Assembly: GCA_943704425.1 (NCBI GenBank)
Contig: CALSCP010002206.1
Coordinates: forward strand, 1 to 52,229
Reading direction: 5' to 3'
Source of the DNA: Ministeria vibrans ATCC 50519
Taxonomy: Eukaryota; Protista; Filasterea
DNA: 52,229 nt
Below are positions 34,851 to 52,229 of the stretch, one piece after another (position 1 is the first letter of the stretch; each line of letters starts with the position of its first letter). Both the position numbers and the translations under genes were made by a program. Below the pieces are notes generated by a model. It did not search any database and was not told where the DNA came from. It worked only from the letters and a program-made list of their open reading frames with translations.

Positions 34851-36961
34851 TAGTGTTTGAGGTGGAAGAAAAGCAGCAAAGAGAATGAGCGTCATTGTTT
34901 TTTTTTGATTTTTTTTGTTGGTGGAATAGGCAAATTCTGAAGTCGATTGACAGTGCGTTGCTCGTGATGTGTCTGGATGAACAGACGCCCACTGATGCAT
35001 CAGACGGTCTCAAGCAGTGGCTGTGTGGCAATGGCATTGAGTCGGCGGGAAACCGCTGGTTTGACAAAATTAACGTAAGTGATACCTTGACCCTTTTTTA
35101 ACTAGGGTGCAGCTTTATTCCTAACCCTATTGACAGGTGTAACCCTAACCCTATGTCTAATGCGCAGGTGATTGTGGCCGCCAATGGCGATGCTGGCATG
35201 TGGGTTGAACACACTGGCATTGATGGTCCTGCTCTTCAGTCCTGGATCGATTTTGTCGAAGTACAAACTCAAAAACACAATCCTCACTCTGACTTATCTC
35301 TCATTTTTGTTGTTCTTCTTTTTGTCTGTTATTCTCTCTTTCTTAGACTCAATCAAACGACTCCGATCGAACAGACGATTCATCTGAGCCAATCAATGTC
35401 ACTTCTCACAAATGGTCAAAAGAGTCCCTTTCTGCCATTGAAGCTCCACTCAACAAAGCAAAAGATTACATTGAGTCCGAAACAAATCGATTAAATGTAC
35501 TAACAACAACACCACCACCATCACCACCACCACTACCACCACACACACAATGCTTTTTTACTAATAATTATTTGTTTAGGTTCGATCAGTTCTTTTACCC
35601 TACAACAAAAACACAATCAAACAGTGGAAAATGTCTCCAGACGCATTTATGCAAATTATGCTACAATATTCGTATTACAAGTAAGTCAGAGGGGCGAAAA
35701 AAGACCTTTTATTTTTGTTTTATTTGTTTATTTTTGTATTAATTTGTGATTAATTTTGTGTCTTTTTTTCACTGTTCGTGTTGTGTGTCTCTAATCCTGT
35801 GTGTTTCCGTTCTTCAGTTGTTATCACTTACTCCAACTTCCTCTCTCTCTCTCTCTCTTTGTCTGTCTATAAATGTCACACTGACTGACAATATCTTTTT
35901 GTCACGCTGACCCACTTTCTCTTCTCTCTTTCTTTTTCTCCATGTGCGTTTCAGATTGCACAATGAGCCCACTGCAGTCTATGAAACCGCTTCCACTCGT
36001 CGTTTCCACACTGGTCGCACTGAAACCATTCGCAGTTGCACTACCGAAGTACCAACAACTTTTGATGAAACGTTTGTGTCTTTTGCATTAATTATTTGTG
36101 TGTCTTAGGCGAAGGAGTTTTGCATTGCCATGGCAAAACACAGTTCGAATGAATCAGAATATCCCAATCTGATTAATCTCCTCAAAAAAGTAAGAGTCAG
36201 AGAATTCATTTTAACATGAAACAAATGTGTGTGGTTTAGGCGACTAATCGACACTCTGAACTGACTCGCGACTGTTCATTGGGCGAAGGAATTGATCGCT
36301 TCTTTATGGGCATCCAAATTCTGCGCTCGCAAATTGATCCAAACCGCACAATTGATTTGTTTGCTGACGCGGCCTTTGACAAAACGCGCACGTTTAATCT
36401 TTCGACAAGTCAGGTATGGTCAGACTGTAGATTGAGTTATTTGAGTGAGATAGATTGAGCGATATTGATTATTGATTGATATTGAGTGAGATATATTGAG
36501 TTGAGTAGAATAGATCGAGCGAGAATGATTATTAAATTTTTGATTAATATTGAGTGAGATAGGTCGAGCGGGAATGAGTATTGATTGATAATGATTATTG
36601 ATTGATATTGAGTGAGATGGATCGAGCGAGAATGATTATGGATTGATATTGAGTGAGATAGATTGAGCGAGAATGATTATTGATTGATATTGAGTGAAAT
36701 CGATTGAATGGTTGGGGGTTTTCTCAGGTTCCCTCGCCGTTGGACTGTGCGTGTGGGTTTGCACCGGGCACTCCGTCTGGCTATGGCATCTGCTACAACC
36801 TGGACGGGTCTAAGGGAAAGGGAACGCGTGTGACTCTGTCGACGTGGAGCGACGCACAGCCCATTGGCACTGCGACAGCCGATGTGGAGCGCATGGCCAC
36901 CCAGTTGGCCGACTCCTTCCGTGAGGCTGCCCGTCTCTTTCCAGTCAAGGCCAATCTATGA
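33665..36961 (+). CDS. Carnitine O-acyltransferase (choline/carnitine acyltransferase family) with a PTS1-like C-terminus
   Basis: LPRLPLPSL, NWLSDWW, SMDQY, NRWFDK, catalytic EHTGIDG, SPDAFMQ, YETASTRRFHTGRTETIRS (TET, carnitine type), GEGIDR, LSTSQ and GYGICY. Ends KANL*. The start codon is uncertain. Confidence 0.9.
34777..34849. repeat. (GT)n microsatellite in an intron
   Basis: Directly visible. Confidence 0.9.
36428..36707. repeat. Degenerate ~40-50 bp intronic minisatellite
   Basis: A unit resembling gattgatattgagtgagatagat(t/c)gagcgagaatgattatt recurs several times in the last intron of the carnitine acyltransferase. Confidence 0.75.
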
Positions 36962-37240
36962 TAGTGATGATTTCTCAAATAATAATAATAATAATAATAA
37001 TATTACTATTATTATTTTGGAATTTTAATCGTAAACCATATTTCCATCCTGTCAGGACTTTTGCATATTGTTTCGTACAAACTAGAAAATATATTTTTTA
37101 GTCATGGTGCAAGCGCCGACTAAGCGCCGCTCTTCCGCAGAGTATAAAAGCAAAAAATATTCAATTATTTCAACCACTTTTTTTTACTTTTACTTTCACC
37201 CCCAATCACCAAACCGCGTCACTCCCACTCTTTAAAACCT

Positions 37241-39191
37241 ATGGACTTTGTTCGATCAGCCGTCGGCCACTTCTCTGGCTCGTCCAGCGCCACCACGTCT
37301 CTCCCTCGAAATGCTCCGCTTGAGATCAAAGAGAGTGAAGATCAACGCAAGGAAACCCAAAACGTAAGCAACGCGAACAACTCCGACGTTCCTTCGCCTT
37401 CAATCCCGCACCAATTGATCGTTTGTATGTCTTCATGGTGTTATTTGGAGCAATATCTCTCTGTGCGGTTTGTTGTACAATCCCAAAAAAGAGTTTGTAC
37501 CAAAAAACCGCCAAGTCTAAAATGTCTTTCCTCGTCTCTTTCCTGACACTTTCGTTGCATGCACACCCCTTACGCAACACGTTAAATCCACTACAGGCCA
37601 CATTACTGCGCTTTACCGTCAAATATTTACGAAATTGTAAAATGTGTCAAAATCTGTCGACCACTCACCAATCTATCTCTCTCACGGCTCTACTGCGCCG
37701 CATTTCACTCCACTCTACCACACACTCTCATCTACACTATAACAAACACCTATACACACGACATGAGACTCCGCATACGCGCGCATCGTTCCACACGGGT
37801 GCTGTAGAGTGTCTTCTGCCTCACTGACTTTCATCCCCTCCTCCTCCTCGCCTCTCCCTTCTCCCTCTCCAATCCGTCCATTCCAAACGTTCAACCCACT
37901 TACCATCTAACTCCTCTCTCTTTCCTTTCAGCTCAACGTGACCAAACTCGAGTACCCCATTTCTCGTCTGCTCGATCGTCTGCTCAAGTCCAACATTGAC
38001 TTTCATCCCAACGCCGGCGGCATCTCCAACCATTATTCCATGACGATGCTTGCCCTGTGTGGTCTGGGCGCCGACGACGACGATCTGCTTGCCTTTCACG
38101 AAGGACATCGATCCAACCGCACTCCTCTGTCGATTCTGCCCGTCAAGGAAGTGATCATCTCGCAGGAAAACTTTGAGCGGTTCCACAGCGACCGCGACTG
38201 TCTCATTCCCTACCGTGCCTTCTTTTCTGCCGAACTCAAGCGGCTTGGTCGTGCCGAGACCTTACGCCAGTACCTTCCGCGCCTGCTTTGCGGTCAGTAC
38301 AAGGGTCTGTTCCATCCGACCATTCGTGTCGCGTTTGCACTGCTCCACCCTCACTCATTCGAGCTCGTCGAGGCTCTCTCGTACTTTGCCATTCGCACCG
38401 AAGAGCCCTATGAGAATGCGCATAAGGACTGGGCGCGCATGATCAGCAGTGAGGCGAGCGCACCCGACGCAGAGTCATCTGTGTCTCCCACACACATCTG
38501 GACCGCATTGCGCACACTGTACAACTCGCCCGTCGATGGTGAACCCCTCCGCCGCATTGTCGCCACCAACTACGGTCGTACCTTTGGTACCGTCGAGGCG
38601 CTCATGCGCAACGCCCAACTGCGCTCGCTTGTTCACGACAGCTGTGCCTACGACCCCTCCAGCCCCTTTACAGCTCTCGCGCGACTGGCCATGCAACTCT
38701 ATGTTCACAAGGGCGCCCTCACCACTCTCCATGCCGTCACGGGCGTTCAGGCTCTTATCGACCTTGCGGTCTGTGTTGATCCCGCTGTGGCCCTTGCCAG
38801 TGCCAAAATGGTAATAGTTAACATTATTAATAATAATGATAATAATAATAATATTATTATGAAAATATTATAGTATTAATAATATTATTATTAATATTAA
38901 TCGTATTGTTTATTGTAGTACTTTTTGTGGCTCTCTGCACTGTACATTGAAAAGGGTGCTCCTGATCTGTCGGGCATTGGCGCTCAGCCAAACACAGCAC
39001 AACAAGGAGACGAAAAGAACAACACGGATGAAAAGGAAGAGTGGGCGAGTGTGAAGGAGCGCACTCTGCGCTCACGACACGTTCATGTGATCAAAATGGT
39101 CTTTACGTGCGCCGAACTCAATCGCAGAGCACCTGACCCCATCTATCTGCAACTTTGTCGCGCTATTTCTCTTCGTGACTATCCTTGGTGA
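37241..39191 (+). CDS. Questin oxidase-like (DUF4243 / AflY-HypA family) oxidoreductase
   Basis: GGISNHYSMTMLALCGLGA, GLFHPTIRVAFAL, ELVEALSY, LHAVTG and HVHVIKM give the conserved His motifs of this family. Exons 37241-37363, 37932-38810 and 38919-39191. Confidence 0.78.
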
Positions 39192-39581
39192 TCGACCCTG
39201 TCACGGACTGAAAGGCACACTCCAGAAAGAAGTGCCAATCTTACTATGCATCAGTTTCTTTTCTAATAAGGCTTTGTCGAAATTAATAATGAATAAAAAT
39301 AATAATAATAATAATAATTATTATTATTATTATAAATAATTATTATTAAAATTTTATTATTAAATTTTTATTTTTATTATTAGTGTTGACCCTCCTACCT
39401 ACTAATAATAATCATTTCGTCTTCGGTCTTTGGTAGTTACAAGTTACGCGAGTAAGAAGAAAGTAATCGCGTTCATGATAGTTTCTTTCTCTTCTGGTTG
39501 TGATCGTGGCTCTTTCAAAAGCACAAACAAAAGCTAGACGTTTTATAGGATAAAGTACACAAAGCAAAACAGAAAGAATTA

Positions 39582-46198
<6,617 letters not shown>

Positions 46199-46830
46199 NN
46201 NNNNNNNNNNNNNNNNNNNNNNNNNNNNNNNNNNNNNNNNNNNNNNNNNNNNNNNNNNNNNNNNNNNNNNNNNNNNNNNNNNNNNNNNNNNNNNNNNNNN
46301 NNNNNNNNNNNNNNNNNNNNNNNNNNNNNNNNNNNNNNNNNNNNNNNNNNNNNNNNNNNNNNNNNNNNNNNNNNNNNNNNNNNNNNNNNNNNNNNNNNNN
46401 NNNNNNNNNNNNNNNNNNNNNNNNNNNNNNNNNNNNNNNNNNNNNNNNNNNNNNNNNNNNNNNNNNNNNNNNNNNNNNNNNNNNNNNNNNNNNNNNNNNN
46501 NNNNNNNNNNNNNNNNNNNNNNNNNNNNNNNNNNNNNNNNNNNNNNNNNNNNNNNNNNNNNNNNNNNNNNNNNNNNNNNNNNNNNNNNNNNNNNNNNNNN
46601 NNNNNNNNNNNNNNNNNNNNNNNNNNNNNNNNNNNNNNNNNNNNNNNNNNNNNNNNNNNNNNNNNNNNNNNNNNNNNNNNNNNNNNNNNNNNNNNNNNNN
46701 NNNNNNNNNNNNNNNNNNNNNNNNNNNNNNNNNNNNNNNNNNNNNNNNNNNNNNNNNNNNNNNNNNNNNNNNNNNNNNNNNNNNNNNNNNNNNNNNNNNN
46801 NNNNNNNNNNNNNNNNNNNNNNNNNNNNNN
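46199..46830. other. Assembly gap
   Basis: Run of N. Confidence 0.99.
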
Positions 46831-47468
46831 TGTTTCAGTTTCCACCGAGAGCTTGCAGCCTTGCGTCGAGATCGGCCATCCGCACCTCAAGTGCCTGAAC
46901 AATCTCGGACAGTTTCTGTTCAGTGACAACAGCACTGTCATGAATACAGAGTGGCGTTGTTGAGGGTGGAGACAGAACGTCCAAGGGAGGGAATAAACAA
47001 CAGGTCACCTTGGTCAAAGACCTTGCTCAGAACCAGTGTTGTGAACTTGTGATGACCGCTGTGTGAGTTGTGTCCACTTTTGGTCGTGTCACAGAATGAT
47101 GAACTCACTGAACACAGAATGAGGACGATAATCGTCATTCATTCAACACAAAGTGATTGAAGTGTCCGTGCCCTGCTGAGGCTTGTAGCCCGTCTGTGCC
47201 AGCGAATTGATCTTATTCACTGCCATAGAGACCCTGAACGCCTGCAACTAAGACAGCAATTTGGGGAGGGCCGAGATGAGCTTGATCGGACGGTAGATGG
47301 ACGCACCCCACGTTTATAAACAATATAATATTTTAATATTTATTTTTATCCACCTCCACTACAAAAGTTTTTTCGGCTATCCTCTGTCTTCTTTATTTTT
47401 ATTTTTGCTAATTCGCTTCCTCCGACCTGCTAGACAAGCGCTTCAGTTTGTCTTAGTTTGTTGAAAGA

Positions 47469-48781
47469 ATGGGAAATTTTTTTTCGTCTAAGAAAAATTC
47501 TCAAGAAACCCCCAGTTCTGCCAAGCAGTCTCAAGGTTCATCTCGTCACCAAGATGTTACGGCATTTGACCAGACTGCACCGTACCGATCGGGCGCTGGT
47601 GCCTCAGACAACTCTCAACACGACACGATGAGTGTAAAGTCGAGGACGAAACTCTCCGAAAAACCTGTTACGCAAAGTCTGCAACCGACACCGTCAACGC
47701 CAGCAGAGCCGCCCAACTCCAATGCAATATCCTTAGTGCAGCAGCAGCAACCGACAGCGCCGGAGACCACGAGCGATACTCAGACGGAGTTTTCTCAAGA
47801 TCCTTCTTCTTACAGGGTAGCCGAAGGTTACGCCATCGGCTGGATCGAGAACTCACACGCACAAGCAGGAAACAATCAATACCTCAATGTGGCGACATTT
47901 GAGTCGGCAGAGATGCCTTTGGGTACGTCTTTTCAGACGAGAAAATTTTTCCATTAAATATTCTTTTTTTCCCCGTAGCGCCCATGTCGCTCATGACAGT
48001 CACGTATGCTGGCATTCCGGAGTGCTTGGGGCGATTGCGGGCCGCACATGCCTACATTCAATCGTCTTTGATGCCTGCTTGGATTGATGCAATGGAGGAT
48101 GAGTGCGAGTCGAATAATCGTTTCCGAAACGACTCGTCCGGTGCCGATTTCTCACTTTGGCTCGCTAGAACGGTACATTGTCTCGTATCTGTTTGCCAAT
48201 TTTATGCCGCCACGAAAGAGAAAGAATTTCGCAACCAAGTCCCTTGGGCAACACAGTCCACAGAGACAGTTGGTCTCCTCCCAGAGGTGTTTGCACAGCA
48301 CAGCATTCAGGAGATTTATGGCGTTGAAATCGACAACAAAATGTCCGACACGCTCACGGATGATCTCATGCAACTATTTGAAAAAAAACGCAAGTGGGTC
48401 CAGAACAACCTCTCCGACAAGGAGCGTGGGCTCTGCAAGAACATTCTCACCATTACTTACTACATGGAGGTTCTCATGCGTGTGAGCCTCCCGCGTCAAC
48501 ACTTTGGCCTTCAGAGTGTAGGGCGTACCGTTCCCTTTGTGGTACATATCAAAAAAACATACCTTCTTCCCTATGCATATCTATTTATCCGACGTATTCT
48601 CATCCATTGGTTGTGTATCCCTTTTCTTGCGCCCCTCCCCTCAGAATGACGCCCACATCGATCTGAACAGCCAGCGCCCACCCCCTTCCTTTTCCCTCGT
48701 TCGGACAATCTACCCGTCTCTCTGCTACGTTGCCAACTCCGAAGTTCTTCTGCGCGCTTTTGTCTTTCGTCATACAGAATA
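47469..48781 (+). CDS. Hypothetical protein with an N-myristoylation motif
   Basis: Starts MGNFFSSKK (MGxxxS). Consecutive ORF blocks 47469-47957 and 47984-48649 and a final block ending at TAA ~48781 are separated by GT-AG-like gaps. No family recognised. Confidence 0.55.
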
Positions 48782-49730
48782 AAAAATAGAAGAAAGATAG
48801 AATTACTCCGTAATAAAACAGAGAACTGTAAAACAAGACAAATAGTATTTCAATACTTTGACATTGAGGCAAAAATGTCCCAAAATAAGTTCATAGACCT
48901 GAAAGTCTCTCAAACTGCCTTTGATATGCCTTCATGTGTTGTTCTTTGTGTTGTATTGTCTGACAAATTCTCTTTTTCTTAAATTTTAATCTTTCAAGAC
49001 TCGAGTTAGTCAAAGTCTCAAAGACACTTTTTTTTTCTTTCGTGTTTAGTAAGTACCTTTGGTAGTAATTGACACGTGCCTCGAGTTCTTCACTACTCAC
49101 AGTGGGATATTTTTTGAAAATATTTTTCCCTTTGTTCGTCTCGTCTGAGATTAAAAAAATGGGACTTGCTGCAGTAGCTGTATCCATCTATCTGCTGCTG
49201 AGTACTGACAGTGCCACTATTACTATGTTGGTTTGGTTGACGCTCAGGGGGGGTGAGAGTTTCGAAGCGGCAGTGAAGCGGCAGTTTTTCTCTTCGTCCC
49301 AATAGAAAAAAAAAAAAAAAAACGACCCCCCACCTCACCCCCTGAAGCCTTTGATCGAGAGATAGAGTCTCTTGAAAGGATTCAAATTTATTACATTCGC
49401 AAGTTGTTTCGTGGCATCCTTCTGTCCCCAATATCGCAAGGGGACGAGCGTAACAAAATTTTCTCTCTTGGGGTTTTCCGAACCCTTCAATATGGCTCTT
49501 CAACGTCGTCCGCCGGGCCTTTTGGCTTCTTGCATAGTCACTTGTTGTTTTGTTGATCTACGACGGCCGGAAACACCTCTACTCTGCCTGCTCTATTCTC
49601 GAAGAAAGAAGCAAAAACTTACGCTCTCGTTTGGGTCACTCTTTCGACCGTCGACTAAAACAAAACTCCTCACTTTTGTAAATTGTACGTACTGAGTACT
49701 CCTTCTCATACCCACAGGCATCTAAACATC

Positions 49731-52229
49731 ATGGCAACCAAGAAAAGATCACTCGTCGGCGGAGTATCGGTATTTCAGCCCCCCACCGACAGAGGCCCAG
49801 TCGTTTTTGGAAAACGTGGGGATGACAAAGATACCTTCTCGGACTACAAATACGCGGTGGGGTTGGACCTGGGTACCACTCGTTCAGCTGGTAAGCTATG
49901 GATTTTTTTCTTCTTTTTTTTCGACTTTTCAAATTTCTTGGGAATAATAGAAGAATAATAATAATTTTGTTTCGCATTATGTTTTTTGTTGACCTTGAGC
50001 TCTCTTCTTTCTTCTTATTCTTCTTCTTCAATCTTTTCTTATCTCTATTATTGTTTTTCTTTCCTATTTACATTATATGAAATATGTTCAACGTCACCTG
50101 AACTTCATTTTTCCCCAAGCTGCCTTTGCCATTGTACCCCGAAACGGCGACCCACAAGCCAACGACTTTTTTACTGTGCCGGCAGCAAAGCTACGCGAAG
50201 ACTTCGAGACCTCAAAAGATCTCAAACACCCAACTATTGTTTGTCTGAAGGTAACAGCGACACTCTACTTTAGATATACGTCTTTATTGTTACGATTTTC
50301 ATTATGACAGTAGTGAATAATATTATCTCGATTCTCTATTGTTTTATTTTCTTCGCAGATTGGCAAGGGTGGAAAGGATCTCAAAGCTCTGACGGAGATG
50401 TACCTGATCAACGAGAGCGCTCCAGACGCAAAGCAAGAGCAGAAAACAAAGCTGAAAGCCAGATTGAGCGACGATAAACGCATGAGCATCGGATCAACGC
50501 AGTACCGTCGAATCATGGAGAAACTGGTGGAGGCCGATGATGACGACAAGAAAGGCAACGAAGCTCAGGGCGCTGACACTTTTGTTGCAGCCGACTTCAA
50601 AATGCATCTGGACCTCCGCACGCGTCAACAGGAGAAATCGGAACGCGTTTTGATGATCTCCACGGAGATGATTGAGCTTCCGTGTTGCCGGAGTGACTCG
50701 CCACCTCTACAAATATCGCTTTTGGACCTCAACGCACTGTACATCCGCTACGTTGCCGAGGTAGCATTCGACGCGCTCTGTGAAGCCGCAAAGTCACAGT
50801 GCAAGCCCATCCCTGAATCTCTCACAGATTGCACTTGGTCCGTGACGGTTCCGGTAACTCCAGCCTATATCCGCGTCTTATTTCCTCACCGCTCAAATGC
50901 CCCTTTCACATTCTGAGTAGGCAATTTTCCGAGACCAGGCGCGCATGTTCATGCGTCAAGCCGCGACACGTGCCGGTCTATTGAGCAACGATTCATCAAA
51001 ACTGCGCATCTGCCTCGAACCCGAGGGTGCAGGTAAATTAATAACACCTAAATTCTGTCATAATTATATAGTATTACAGACTAATTTATTATGATTCTTC
51101 TTTTGATCAGGACTCGATTGCTTTGCACACATTGCTTATAATGAGGGCCGTGAAGATTTTCTCTCCAAGGACGAGAGCGTCATTGTCGGTACAACCCATC
51201 TTGGAAATCATTATACCATTATTTTTTACCTTCTTTTCATACGTCTTAGTTGATCTTGGAGGTGGCACAGCGGATATCTCAGTCCAAAAAGTTGAAACGT
51301 ACTCGAAGAAAACACAGGTCGTTCAGTTTTCGGAGGCCCACCCGCCCACTGGCGGTCCGTGGGGCGGCCGTCTTGTCAACTACGCGTTTGAAGACCGCGT
51401 CTTGCGACCTTTTCTTGGAAAGGAGAAGTTTGCGGAGTACAAGAGATCGCCACTTCGGTTCCTCTTCATGCAGCCCTTTGAGCGGATGAAGACGGTATTC
51501 ACAATACTTTTCTAATGATCAATAATTTTTTGTGTGAATGTGCAAGTTTACCCGCTTTTATATACGCTTTGCCCAACCCTACGCACATCTCACCTGCTAT
51601 AATGTCGTGAAACACTCTTCTCTCAATCTGTAGGCCTTTTCTGGAGAGGAGTCGGTCACATTCGATGCGTTGGATATTGCCGGGGAGTTCAATGTCGACG
51701 AGTCAAGTGAACCGCTCCCTGACGGCGTTACGTACACATCGAGAAATTCGAAGCGCGGTCCCAAAAAGAATTTTAACCTCTCGGCACAATTCATGTCGTC
51801 GCTGTTTGAAACGGCGTTGACATCGATTATCGACCACCTCGCGTCTCTTCTGACCGGTCCTAACCCCCCCGTCACAGTGAAAGCGGCGTTTGTTGTCGGT
51901 GGAATGAGTGCCAACCCGTACGTGAACACGCGACTCGGCCGGTTTTTTGAGACGTCATTGCCCAAGGTCCGCTTCTACTGCCCAGATGGCAAGTGCCACA
52001 TGGCGATTGCGCTTGGAGCCGCTAGATTTGGCCTTGACGAGGGCGAGGGCTCTTTTGGTGCGCGCATCGCCCGAGCCTCGTACGGACCCGGTGTGTACAA
52101 CCGCGCCGATCCTGCCAATCCTCTATTCAACCCGATCGTGTTTAAGGGCCAGAGCTTGAAGGTACAATTTACGAACCCCCATAATTAATGTTTTAGTTGA
52201 GCGCCAAGTTTGAAACGAGAATGATTATT
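49731..52229 (+). CDS. HSPA12-like divergent Hsp70, truncated at the window end
   Basis: AVGLDLGTTRS, WSVTVP|AIFRDQARMFMRQAA..AGL, ICLEPEGA, VDLGGGTADI, GGPWGG, FVVGGMSANPY and AIALGAARFG. The WxxTVP and GGxWG motifs are typical of the Hsp70-12 subfamily. Confidence 0.85.

Noticed and set aside
35120-35155. Telomere-like CCCTAA units
   Set aside because: Only 2-3 units inside an intron, also explicable as branch-point-like CTAAC sequence.
46831-47230. Minus-strand fragments as the cadherin N-terminus or a separate small gene
   Set aside because: The candidate frames stop before the gap and no consistent splice model could be built.
48891-49503. Possible small spliced minus-strand gene
   Set aside because: Short ORF pieces with no recognisable motif; insufficient support.

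Overview
Gene-dense genomic DNA from an intron-rich unicellular eukaryote (short GT-AG introns, microsatellite-filled non-coding DNA, several N gaps). CFAP69 indicates a flagellated organism. A large multi-EC cadherin is compatible with a choanoflagellate-like holozoan, but that is inference only. Genes reconstructed by hand-splicing: AprA/PqaA-like exon 1, SMC1, a metallopeptidase-hemocyanin/prophenoloxidase fusion, a WD40-Roc-COR-caspase-like protein, an HA-domain protein, an FLZ-like zinc finger, a macrodomain-like protein, CFAP69, a permuted papain-like protein, a C2orf81 homologue, a RING protein, NDUFAF7, an SDR, a carnitine acyltransferase, a questin-oxidase-like protein, a cadherin, a myristoylated orphan and an HSPA12-like Hsp70. 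The most striking locus is 5794-15522, two adjacent minus-strand genes. The first is a Roco GTPase with an N-terminal WD40 propeller, each repeat on its own symmetric phase-2 exon of about 126 nt, spliced in frame to a C-terminal caspase-like His/Cys protease. The second is a nearly intronless ~1541-aa protein joining a metzincin-like zinc protease to an arthropod-type prophenoloxidase/hemocyanin module with all six copper histidines and a spliced C-terminal CaaX box (CVIL). Together they look like a candidate sensor-protease-melanisation defence system in a protist. Family calls come from motif recognition only; no searches were run.
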